Below the pieces are notes generated by a model. The model was not told where the DNA came from. It did no database searches and worked only from the letters and a program-made list of their open reading frames with translations. A program made the translations under genes and the position numbers. A DNA stretch of 64,000 nucleotides, from positions 363,446 through 427,445 of the forward strand of contig JBKBPM010000001.1 of the NCBI GenBank assembly GCA_046293175.1. The letters run 5' to 3'. The stretch is from Minisyncoccia bacterium. GTDB taxonomy: Bacteria; Patescibacteriota; Minisyncoccia; Phycocordibacterales; UBA918. Positions 9,901 through 18,035 of the stretch are shown here, one piece after another; position 1 is the first letter of the stretch; each line of letters opens with the position of its first letter.

Positions 9901-12900
9901 AGGTAGTACTCGTGGTATCACGTTGGCCGGCATTTGCGCTAATAAACGAAGGATTAGGGTCAGTAATACCGCCGTTTGCGACTGAAATGTTAGTGGTGTT
10001 ATTGCCGTTGGTGAGATTGGCACTATCAAACATATTCCAGTCATCAGCCGCATCGCCAACCGGTGTCCATACACTCACCGCACTACAGGTAGTAACCCGT
10101 GGCCCGAATTCCAGTCGATAGGCAGTTGAAACTGACGCTGCGGCTCCTTCGTTTGAGAGTGCCACCCGCAAACGAATTGGTGAATTGGCTGGATGATCAG
10201 TCAAAATGGTATTTTCCGTGCCGCCTGTGGCCGATAATGCGTCAGTTTCAATACCGGTGTCATTGCGCCAGTGGTAGCCGGTTTGGGTAATCACTGGACC
10301 GGACAGCGTTGTTGTACCCGCAATTGCAATTGGTGTTGATGGTGAAACTGATCCGGCTGAAACAACCACATCATTGGCTGGTGAAGAAATTTCTATTTGG
10401 ACAGTGTCGCCATTACTAGCGGTACTCAAAACATCAAATACCACGTACAAACACAATGCTTGTGTGGTAGTTACTGTCACAGAATCACTAAATGTTGAGG
10501 TACCATTGTCGGCAGTAAAGCCGTCGGTGTCAGTAGCCCCGTACTGCGGTTCTGTTCCGGCATACGTCTCACTCGCACAGTTGTACGGTGCGGTGGTATC
10601 GAGGTCGTAACGAAGTCGAATGTTATCAAGATCGTTGAGGGCATCAACAGTACCATTTTCGGCAATCAAAATACTTGTAATGTTGCGACTGCTCGTATTT
10701 TCGCGGAATACAAACTGACCACCAACATGTTGGTTGGTTGATGGTACAAGAAGTGATGTTGCTTGGGTTCCAGAAGCGGTAACACTAACATCTGCCGCAA
10801 TTGTAACACTGGGGAATTGTGAATAGACCGGTAAGGGTGTACCAGCATTAGTAACTCGAAAACAGTACGTAGTTCCTTCAACTGCTGTAGTTGAAGCGAC
10901 AATAGCATACTCAAGTTCAACAAAATTCGCATTGGAGAGTGTAAGTGATCCGGTTTGTGAAGAAATTTCGCGCATACCACCATTTGGTGTGAGGAATGTG
11001 GTATTCTCATCAGCCACGCCACCGTTGGCAACAGCAATATTTGTCGTATTATCACCTTCAACGAAGTTAGATGATAGTGACATATTCCAGGCATCATCAG
11101 TCGCACCCACATCAGTCCATGAAGTTATATCGGTACAGTTTGGTGCAGCTTCACCATATTCAAGCCGGAACGTAGTTGCAGCACTTGAAAGGGATCCTTC
11201 GTTAGATACTTGTAGACGAAGTCGACGTGGTGAATTTACCTGCAGAGCCGGAATTGGTGTATCAGCCACACCAGCAGTAGCTGACAAAGCGGCTGTTTCT
11301 ACACCAGCATCAGTACGCCAGTGGTAGTGTGTTTGGGTCAGTTCATCATTTTGAATAAGACTAGAAGAGGCGGTACGAACTGGGCTCACCGGCATCACAT
11401 CTACACCACCAGTAACGATAATATCGTTATTCGGATCTTCTACAGAGACGGCGAGCGTATCTCCATCAAGCACACTTTCAAGCACGTCAACCACCACATA
11501 GAAACACATCGCTTGGGTAGTTGAGATGCTCTGGAGTCCAGAAAAGCTCGCAGTTCCATTAGGTCCCGAAAAGCCATTGGTATCTGTAATCCCAAACTGT
11601 GTCTCGCTACCACTGTACGATTCACTGGCACAGTCATACGGTGCCGTGGTATCAAGATCGTAGAGTACTTTGATATTTTTGACGTCAGTACTACCATCAA
11701 CAGTACCTCGTTCACTAATCACAATGGCAGTCACATTACGACTACTCTGACTTTCACGAATCGCATACTTCCCACCAGTATAGACGTCTGTGGTACCACC
11801 AACGATAGTACTCACCGCAGTACCCGTGGCATAAAGTTTAGTAATTGGCGCAATATCAGCGAGCGTATCACCAAAATAATCATCAGGTGCTGGGTCTGTC
11901 CATGACACATAAATGCGCTCATCACTCATGAGATTAATATCAAGACCACGATGATCACCAGGAGTGACTCCAGAGACTGTCTGTTCTGCACTCCAGGAAG
12001 ACATGGCTGAAGTAGATGTAGACCAGTAAATTCCACCTGTTGTGGCTGTAGCTGGCGTCGAGCGTAACACATACGCCACATACACCGTACTGGTATTGGT
12101 ATCAAGGCCAATTGCAACGGTGTTGAGTCCCCGGGTAGTGTTGGTAAAGACAGCCGTTGTACCAGTCCATGATCCAGAAGAAAACTTGGCGGTACGCACA
12201 TCGTGGTCAAGTGTTGTGTAATTGTCATGATCGGCACCATAAGCGAGATACACATCACCGGAATTTGGGTCAACTACTGCAGCCATACTTGTGTCGTAAG
12301 TGGCACTTTCAACCGCGGCACCATCAATGGTCGTCCAGCTTGCTGACCAGCTTGATCCATTCCATACGCGAGAACGAATAACGTTGGCACTAATGTCACG
12401 ATTAATAAGCAGTACATCTCCTGTGGTTAGGGCGAGAAGAATATTTGTATCGTTATCAAGATCCATAAAGCGTGCGCCACCCGGCTCATCCCAACCAGTG
12501 GTAGCAGTACATCCGGAATCGGTATCACACCGTACAACAAAAGAGTCAGTGGCATCAGAAATGCCCATAAAAACTTCATTACCGGTATTTTTGGTAATCG
12601 TGACGTTATTCTGACCACTGGTAAATGTACCTGTCTGACCCGAATTACTACTCGTGTCTACTGGTGAGCTACCTAAAAGGAGGGTGTCTGTCGAGGTATC
12701 AAGCGCGTTGTAATAGAGACGATCGGTGGCCGCAGCAGTTTCCATAGTAGCGATGTGAATGGTAGTACCGTAGTCACCGGGCGTCCACTGGTCATACCAA
12801 ACAGCAATACTTGCACAGTCTGTTTGAGCATCAACCGTTACTGCTCCATTCCACGAACTACCTCCGTTAGTGGTTTTACTATAGACACAGGTGTTCGCAG

Positions 12901-13141
12901 CATCACGATAAAACTTGTACCCAACCTGATCAGAAATGAAAACCGTTTGGGAACCGCCAAAGAAAAAGGAGTTGGCATCGGTACTCACGGAGTTATCAAT
13001 AGTAGTTTGAGCCGCTTCGGCAAAACTGGGCCAAACCATGTACTCCAAAAACGAGAAGTTGAGGAAAACCGTAACAAACAACAACGAGCCAGCTATAACT
13101 TGTCGCCATCCATACCAAAAAAACGCTGGAAACCTCCGCAT
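6980..13141 (-). CDS. giant surface protein (2053 aa): BNR-like beta-propeller, four ~120-aa RW...YCFR modules, Cys-rich C-terminal W-G-I-type domain
   Basis: Uninterrupted 6162-nt ORF with an N-terminal signal anchor. Asp-box-like blades (SSWNGAVTV, VWNGSSWSASW, SSGSWTGTTA, MSSWSAEQTV) span about aa 60-430. Repeated modules each begin Y-H/R-W-R-x-D-x-G and end YCFR[VLM].N.G. The C-terminal roughly 200 aa are homologous to the C-termini of the 7450-aa and 625-aa proteins. Confidence 0.85.
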   Translation of the reverse strand: MRRFPAFFWYGWRQVIAGSLLFVTVFLNFSFLEYMVWPSFAEAAQTTIDNSVSTDANSFFFGGSQTVFISDQVGYKFYRDAANTCVYSKTTNGGSSWNGAVTVDAQTDCASIAVWYDQWTPGDYGTTIHIATMETAAATDRLYYNALDTSTDTLLLGSSPVDTSSNSGQTGTFTSGQNNVTITKNTGNEVFMGISDATDSFVVRCDTDSGCTATTGWDEPGGARFMDLDNDTNILLALTTGDVLLINRDISANVIRSRVWNGSSWSASWTTIDGAAVESATYDTSMAAVVDPNSGDVYLAYGADHDNYTTLDHDVRTAKFSSGSWTGTTAVFTNTTRGLNTVAIGLDTNTSTVYVAYVLRSTPATATTGGIYWSTSTSAMSSWSAEQTVSGVTPGDHRGLDINLMSDERIYVSWTDPAPDDYFGDTLADIAPITKLYATGTAVSTIVGGTTDVYTGGKYAIRESQSSRNVTAIVISERGTVDGSTDVKNIKVLYDLDTTAPYDCASESYSGSETQFGITDTNGFSGPNGTASFSGLQSISTTQAMCFYVVVDVLESVLDGDTLAVSVEDPNNDIIVTGGVDVMPVSPVRTASSSLIQNDELTQTHYHWRTDAGVETAALSATAGVADTPIPALQVNSPRRLRLQVSNEGSLSSAATTFRLEYGEAAPNCTDITSWTDVGATDDAWNMSLSSNFVEGDNTTNIAVANGGVADENTTFLTPNGGMREISSQTGSLTLSNANFVELEYAIVASTTAVEGTTYCFRVTNAGTPLPVYSQFPSVTIAADVSVTASGTQATSLLVPSTNQHVGGQFVFRENTSSRNITSILIAENGTVDALNDLDNIRLRYDLDTTAPYNCASETYAGTEPQYGATDTDGFTADNGTSTFSDSVTVTTTQALCLYVVFDVLSTASNGDTVQIEISSPANDVVVSAGSVSPSTPIAIAGTTTLSGPVITQTGYHWRNDTGIETDALSATGGTENTILTDHPANSPIRLRVALSNEGAAASVSTAYRLEFGPRVTTCSAVSVWTPVGDAADDWNMFDSANLTNGNNTTNISVANGGITDPNPSFISANAGQRDTTSTTSALAMSTTEFTEYEFSITSTNITGFNTTYCFRLTNNGEPLTYTNYAELTTAPKRDFKVQRGTATIIGTSQTFTAGVDYTAPLSTTTAFVRITDTHNTGPGRTTAGGGAQNADDVTAYISSANLPTSFTISRPPAATGNTRVSWEIIEFIGDAGTDNEMKVRGVGSVNLASAALVATGTSLGTITDNADVVVFITGVENRDTARNFYYAGQTTSQWSPTSTAPVFNRNAGGAIINVSYAVVEFTGINWQVQRIEHTYTAAGVVETESIPTPVNSLARAFIHTQKRMNALGNVNNFGHEVWLSSIGAVSFRLEAAATTPSGHTSVAWIIENLQTSAGAMDVQRTNGTTNAGTEPVTLSISIFSPIDATNNASIFANTRVVGANTTFPLVFAGARITGTSTYELWRSEASGEMTYRTEIVEWPISGLAIRQNYFRFYANNNNLTPTDPWPPGVSDLGENNPISIADEPLGDGDVVRLRMTMRVANANLPAGLYDFKLQYGLRATSCSTVGTWNDLDAANGSGIWRGYAATGTTNGTMLSTNPPTGGDLLISVADRAGSLVEENPAPANPYLVDPGEDVEYDWFIEHNGAISRSTYCFRMVRSDGTPLDGYFNYPQIRTAGYSPQTKRWRFYEDAENETPVTPLASEINAPVEVQNGNEFALRVIVGQRKSVVGQDIKFKLQYDESPAFTSPHDVVATSSCTATSTWCYVDGGGTDNATITTKVLSDANSCASGVGSGCGTHNESPTYTTGYTHLAGADTEFAFYLRHAAARAGAVYYFRLYEVFEDMPVAAANGETLPSLVTETPKLTLSISGLPSGTTTAGVMTTVTTTPSTVSFGSIPINTDALAAHRLAVTTNATDGYRVLSFARQQLINDYGTPIPPISGTNASPVAWAVGCLASATGCTGYHTTDATLSGGSTRFAPLDSYAGLHTAVAEVMYSPIPANDTHDIVYRVRVTGLQPAAIYTTEVVYIAVPVY

Positions 13142-13195
13142 GTCCTAATTTTGTCACGGTATTGCTTTATTTTCTATGCTTTTACTGTAGAGAAA

Positions 13196-14746
13196 CTACT
13201 CGACCACAGGTATGACTGTTGGTGAAGCATTAGGGGTAAACGGGGTAACCACAAGATCAGGTATTTCAGCTGTTGGCCCTGGCTGTGGTTCGATGATTGT
13301 TGACTCTTTGATCAGGGTAAGGTCCAAGGTTAAACCGGTGGTACTGGCAGTACTGACTGTTGTGGTAGCTAGATCTAACTCAAGATCAGGTGGTGTACTG
13401 GAAGCATTTGTATCACTTGGTGGTGCACCCTCAAGTGCCTCTTCTTCTGTAGTTGATTTTGCAGTGAGCAGTGCTCGCGGTTCGCCAGTGGTATCAGGAT
13501 CAGGAATCTCTTCTGGTAGTGGGGCTGGCTCTGCAGCAAATGAGGTTATTTCACCTGTTACTAAGTCATAACCGCGCGTTATTGTCTCGCCACTATCCAT
13601 CGCTGCGTCATACACAAGAACCATACGCGGATTTGAAATAGTACCTCCGTTATCATCACGAATCGTCATAAAGGCACGTGAGTTTAGATCGTAGACCTCT
13701 ATAGTTTTTTCGTTGTAATGAACACGGTGCCAAACCACAAGATTATTTCGTACGACTGGCGCTAAATTGTGTTCACTGGTGTTGGTGAGTTGGTTCGCTG
13801 TCTCGCCATCAAAGAGCATAATCTGCCAAGCATCGTTGTCCCAGTACTGCCAAACAATAATGTTGTCTGCTCGGAATGGCTCCATGTTGTTGGTGCTGGT
13901 ATTTGTTAACTGCTGTTCTTCACCCGAAGCCATATCGTAGACCATAATCTGATACCGTTCATCAATCAAACGATGCCAAACAAGACTATCTGATGCCGGG
14001 TCGTAGTAGGGTGACGCATCATCAACTGTATTGAAGGTAATTTGCTGCATTCCATTTTTATTTTTGATGTAGATTTCGAGATCACCATCACTGTCAGGTA
14101 ATGAGAATAATCCCTGTTCGTCGCTGACCGGAGTTGTTGTTGCAACCTGACAGTAGAAGGAGCCATCTTCAACAGCCAGACAGTTATCTTTATTGAATTG
14201 AATCATCTGGTCACTCTCAACCGTCAGTGTTGGTGCATTTGGGTCGGTGGTTGTTGCGGTTGAGGTGGCAATTTCTTCTATGGTGGTAGTCGCATCACTG
14301 GCAAGAGCAACTTCTTCAGGAACCACAACTTCCCCGTCACCTGAGGTATCAGGTGCAGGGTCAAGCGGCGGCGGGTCTTGAGGAGGTGGACTTTCGTTTG
14401 GTAACTCTGGCGTGACAGGAGGGACTTCAGGTGCAACTACGTCGCCATCAGGAGAGGTGTCAGACTGAGCAACCTCTACCTCGGCAACCGGCTCTGGGGT
14501 TGTTTCAGTTCGTTCTGAAATCTCGTGTTGGATAGTAGCTACCGTTTCATCAGTGATAGTAACTTTGAGGTCTGGTGCTGGTTCAGGAACAGGTTCAGAG
14601 GCATAGGCACGCTCAATTGTTTGGAGTAAAAATGAACAAACCAGAACAACAACAAAGACCCGTACAAGCGCACGTTCAAAGACAAGTCGATACAACAGGG
14701 GTGTACCTGGAGGCGACGAAGATGTATTGGCTGGTAGTTGTTTCAT
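13196..14746 (-). CDS. secreted Pro/Thr/Glu-rich protein with propeller-like W-rich repeats
   Basis: 516 aa with a signal anchor and acidic PT/PE-rich low-complexity N- and C-terminal regions. The central domain has repeated ~40-aa units (LVWHRLIDERYQIMVYDM, IVWQYWDNDAWQIMLFD, LVVWHRVHYNEKTIEVYDL, MVLVYDAAMDSGETITRGYDL), suggesting a beta-propeller. Confidence 0.65.
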   Translation of the reverse strand: MKQLPANTSSSPPGTPLLYRLVFERALVRVFVVVLVCSFLLQTIERAYASEPVPEPAPDLKVTITDETVATIQHEISERTETTPEPVAEVEVAQSDTSPDGDVVAPEVPPVTPELPNESPPPQDPPPLDPAPDTSGDGEVVVPEEVALASDATTTIEEIATSTATTTDPNAPTLTVESDQMIQFNKDNCLAVEDGSFYCQVATTTPVSDEQGLFSLPDSDGDLEIYIKNKNGMQQITFNTVDDASPYYDPASDSLVWHRLIDERYQIMVYDMASGEEQQLTNTSTNNMEPFRADNIIVWQYWDNDAWQIMLFDGETANQLTNTSEHNLAPVVRNNLVVWHRVHYNEKTIEVYDLNSRAFMTIRDDNGGTISNPRMVLVYDAAMDSGETITRGYDLVTGEITSFAAEPAPLPEEIPDPDTTGEPRALLTAKSTTEEEALEGAPPSDTNASSTPPDLELDLATTTVSTASTTGLTLDLTLIKESTIIEPQPGPTAEIPDLVVTPFTPNASPTVIPVVE

Positions 14747-14852
14747 TCAAAAGGGACTTTCAAAACTAGAAAGTTCTACGTTGTCCCATCAAACATATAA
14801 TACCAGTACTTTGTCAACGTTTGTTTTTGCTTATCAACAGCTAAAAAGCGTT

Positions 14853-14875
14853 TCTGCCGTCAGAAAACGGCTAAC
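14853..14875 (-). terminator. weak hairpin immediately after the stop of the cohesin/dockerin gene
   Basis: gccgtcagaaaacggc (14856..14871) forms a 5-bp stem with a 6-nt loop, directly downstream of stop 14876..14878. On the minus strand it is followed by a weak T-run (agaaacgcttttta). Confidence 0.3.
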
Positions 14876-15628
14876 TTAATTTTTTGAACGGAAATAATTC
14901 GCTAGGAGTATTGAAAAATCTTTAAATGTCATCAAACCATCATTATTAAAATCGTAGCGGTTATTTTGCTTGAACCACTCCACCATAAAAATACTAATAT
15001 CTTCTAGGGTCACCTTACCATCAGCATTGACATCACTGACCAAAAGTACCACTGCTTCCCCTTCAAGGGTTCCGTTTGATTCAGCAATCTGCACGCGTGC
15101 CACACTATCTTCGCCGACTTTGGCGTCAATTTTGGTACCACGACCGTCTCCAGCCAATAAATTGGCTTCTTTAGTGGTAATAACAACCTCACCGGTAGCC
15201 CGAGCTTTTGCATTAATGGTGGCAATGAGGTGCTTACCAACAAAGCCTTTACGGTACGTACCTCCTTCTAAGATAACTGCGCCATTTTCGACCCGCGGGT
15301 CACTTGTCCAAAGCGTAATCACTGACTCCCCACGGTCTATACCTAATATTTCAATTTTGTCCTCTGGGTAGGCAATAGAAAGTGAAACGGCATTCACGGG
15401 TGTATTCGCAACCGCATACACATCTATAGCAAAAGTCTCATTTGTTAAGTGTTGCTTTTGTTTAGTTTCAAGTACAATAGTTGATTTTGAACTTCCGACC
15501 ACCGAAGCCACACTTACTACCAACACTAGCAAAAAAGCTAGCGAGAACATATACCGCACAGTTTGATTGGGCGGCACTGGTCGTCGCTTCTTTATGACTT
15601 CTTTAAGTGCCGACCGAAATTTGATCAT
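14876..15628 (-). CDS. small cohesin-domain plus dockerin-domain protein
   Basis: 250 aa with a signal anchor. The N-terminal cohesin-like block (FAIDVYAVANTPVNAVSLSIAYPEDKIEILGIDRGESVITLWTSDP...) parallels the cohesin domains of 16319.. and 52812... The C-terminus is a classic duplicated dockerin (DVNADGKVTLEDISIFMVEW...DFNNDGLMTFKDFSILLANY). Confidence 0.7.
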   Translation of the reverse strand: MIKFRSALKEVIKKRRPVPPNQTVRYMFSLAFLLVLVVSVASVVGSSKSTIVLETKQKQHLTNETFAIDVYAVANTPVNAVSLSIAYPEDKIEILGIDRGESVITLWTSDPRVENGAVILEGGTYRKGFVGKHLIATINAKARATGEVVITTKEANLLAGDGRGTKIDAKVGEDSVARVQIAESNGTLEGEAVVLLVSDVNADGKVTLEDISIFMVEWFKQNNRYDFNNDGLMTFKDFSILLANYFRSKN

Positions 15629-16302
15629 ATTGTTTGCAACTCTCGTCTGGTGGCCTCAATTTGTTGCATTCGAACCGTCATATTATTTTTGATGTCAGTT
15701 ACGTTACGAAGGGTTCTGGTAATCTCATCAGAATCACGACTCTTGCCTGCGAGAAGAGCCATAATGATGTCGCGCTGGAGTTCTACTAGTCGAGTAAAGT
15801 CGGCGGCAGTTGAAAGTTCATCATCTGCTACCCGTTGCCAAAGTGCTACTCGCTCTGTCAATTCATCATCAGTTGATAGAATCCGCGCTCGTAATGAAAT
15901 ATACTCTTCATAAACACTTACTTCGCGAGCGAGTCGAGCCGCCATCACAGACTTTTTGTCAGCAAAGTAACTTCCACAAGCAAAGAAGAGACTATCGAGC
16001 TCAGTAAGCTCAGATCGAGTAATAGTAGACGAAAGTTTATCGAGGAGTGTCTCAAAGCGCTGACGCTCGGTTGGCGAGCAATCGACTACAATGCGTTCTG
16101 TAATTTCGTCTGCCTCATTTCGTTTGGTGAGGTCAGCAATAGTTGCCAGTACGAGTTCTTGTTCCGCAATATTAGTATCAAGGGCCAAGCTCGTGGAATC
16201 AAGCTTCTTCGCGACAGCAGAATCTGTGTACAAAGAAATGCCCCACAGAAGAAGTACAATACCGATAATAATCAGGGTTATTTGGCGGGCAGAAACATGC
16301 AT
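15625..16302 (-). CDS. hypothetical membrane-anchored coiled-coil protein
   Basis: 225 aa with an N-terminal TM (ITLIIIGIVLLLWGISLY). The rest is helical, charged and heptad-like. The gene overlaps its neighbour by 4 nt, consistent with an operon. Confidence 0.55.
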   Translation of the reverse strand: MHVSARQITLIIIGIVLLLWGISLYTDSAVAKKLDSTSLALDTNIAEQELVLATIADLTKRNEADEITERIVVDCSPTERQRFETLLDKLSSTITRSELTELDSLFFACGSYFADKKSVMAARLAREVSVYEEYISLRARILSTDDELTERVALWQRVADDELSTAADFTRLVELQRDIIMALLAGKSRDSDEITRTLRNVTDIKNNMTVRMQQIEATRRELQTI

Positions 16303-16318
16303 AGCAAAATTGGGTTAG

Positions 16319-18034
16319 TTAGTCAGTTAGTTTGGTTACATCGGATACCTCTTTTTGAACAATACGCTCTGCAGATTTTAGCACATCTCGAACGTCGGTG
16401 ATAAGGGCTTCCTCTGTAGTAGTAAGCTTGCCAGATTTGCGACTACGAACAATATCAGCTTCGTGATTGCGAAGGAGAGCTTCAATGGCCAAAAATTGGC
16501 TATGTAGTGCAACACCAACTTCACTACTCTCGCGATTAAGAAGAATACGGAAACGACGATAGCGAGCCAAGAAATAAAGACAAAGAAGCACCGTCAGTGC
16601 TAAAAGGGCAACCAGTGGAATGATAACGGAGAGAACATCAATCAAAAATGAACCGATTCGGAGTAACCCCATTGGCTGTACCACAAACTGTATTGGATCA
16701 GATACGCTACTTTGAGCACCAAACTCATCTTTAGCAGAAGCGGTTAGTGTATATACACCTTCAGTGAGTGCACTGTTAGGAATAAATCTAAACGAGCCAG
16801 TCTCATCACTTTTCACTTCATACCTCGCTGGCTCCTGACCACTATTTGTGAGAGTTATGGCAACCGTAGCATTTGGACGAGTTGTTCCCATGAAGACCGG
16901 AATAACCCCAGTGCTGATTTCGGCCGGAACATCTGTAAAGCGAGGTGCTTCAAAAGATTCAATTTCAAAAGTAAAGGTTGAAACTGTACTATTGCCAGCG
17001 GCATCTACTACTTCAACCACTAAGGTCTGGCGACCGGGCGTGAGATTTTCAAGTTTTATTTCATTTTTACCATCTTCGTTTTTGTACTCAACTGGCGCAG
17101 CCCCATTAAGCTGGACCATAAAGGATTTGATTGGTGAACCGTTTGTGTCAGTGGTCGAGGCTACAATAATTTGGGTTGGATTAGCAAGGTTGCTGTCAGG
17201 CTTGAGACTGAGGACTACATTTTGCGGTGCAGTAGTGTCAACCGCAAGACGATAATGTGTCACCTTCCCCCACCCCTCGTCATTTTTGAACTGGATATGG
17301 AAATATGACACTCCTTCTTCAAGATCAGTGAGGGTAATCTCTTTGATTGGACTATCGTACACCTTAGTTGGAATAGCAGTTGGTGATTCATCAAGGGCTG
17401 TACGTACCGCAACGACATCTGAAGGCAATGTCCAACGCAATACTGCTGTGGTTTCCTTTGACCAGCCAGCAGGGTCGCCATGCGTATCAGAGGTGATTTT
17501 TGGTGCGGCTGGTGTATTGGCTGGAGGGACAAACTCGACAATCGCTTCAGGTTCTGGCGTCTCACTCGCTGCCGAGATGGTATAGGCACCACTTCCCATA
17601 CTAGAAAGTACATTGGTGCCACGACCATCGGCTGCCAACACCGAGCCACTGCCAAAATTGACGCGTGCTGAACCAGAACCAAGGGTGCGGAATGTAATAG
17701 TCATCACTGTTCCAGAACCACCAGTATAGCCAGTTGGGGTGCCACCACTAAAACTGATAGTTCCAGCACTATTTGAAAAGGCTGGCTCAGTAGTCCATAG
17801 GTTGAAGATGGAACTACTACGAGAAACCGAAACTACCTGCAGGGCTTTGTTGTCAAAGGTAATAGTTCCATCAGCCGCATTAATGGCTGCCCCTTTTGTA
17901 TCAACTGATACACGGACAGTAAATGTACTGCCACTTCCATAGACACCAGTGGCTGGTGAAATATTAAGAGTTGCAGCAAACGAAATACTGCTGTAACCAA
18001 AAAGAGCGAGAACGATGAGTAAACGAAGGAACAT
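16319..18034 (-). CDS. cohesin-domain membrane protein with Ig-like domains, C-terminal TM and conserved cytoplasmic helical tail
   Basis: ORF 16319..18133 (-). Probable start at an internal Met (MFLRLLIVLALFGYSSISFA signal) near 18034. The cohesin block (ATLNISPATGVYGSGSTFTVRVSVDTKGAAINAADGTITFD...LWTTEPAFSNSAGTISFSGG) is followed by a PT linker, Ig-like domains (VEVVDAAGNSTVS), a TM (VLSVIIPLVALLALTVLLCLYFL) and a roughly 90-aa tail homologous to the tail of 52812..54365. Confidence 0.7.
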   Translation of the reverse strand: MFLRLLIVLALFGYSSISFAATLNISPATGVYGSGSTFTVRVSVDTKGAAINAADGTITFDNKALQVVSVSRSSSIFNLWTTEPAFSNSAGTISFSGGTPTGYTGGSGTVMTITFRTLGSGSARVNFGSGSVLAADGRGTNVLSSMGSGAYTISAASETPEPEAIVEFVPPANTPAAPKITSDTHGDPAGWSKETTAVLRWTLPSDVVAVRTALDESPTAIPTKVYDSPIKEITLTDLEEGVSYFHIQFKNDEGWGKVTHYRLAVDTTAPQNVVLSLKPDSNLANPTQIIVASTTDTNGSPIKSFMVQLNGAAPVEYKNEDGKNEIKLENLTPGRQTLVVEVVDAAGNSTVSTFTFEIESFEAPRFTDVPAEISTGVIPVFMGTTRPNATVAITLTNSGQEPARYEVKSDETGSFRFIPNSALTEGVYTLTASAKDEFGAQSSVSDPIQFVVQPMGLLRIGSFLIDVLSVIIPLVALLALTVLLCLYFLARYRRFRILLNRESSEVGVALHSQFLAIEALLRNHEADIVRSRKSGKLTTTEEALITDVRDVLKSAERIVQKEVSDVTKLTD

Positions 18035-18035
18035 A

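Noticed and set aside
13138-13141. Apparent 1-nt mismatch between the displayed sequence and the ORF-table coordinate at the start of the 2053-aa ORF. The ATG reads at 13138..13140 in the display against a table end of 13141. The overlapping plus ORF 12755..13225 also implies one fewer t at this junction. Considered as a possible frameshift in the giant gene.
   Set aside because: Both tool ORFs are continuous across this point, and flanking positions (12755, 13196) agree with the display. This is most likely a single-character transcription quirk in the display, not a biological frameshift. I used the ORF-table coordinates.
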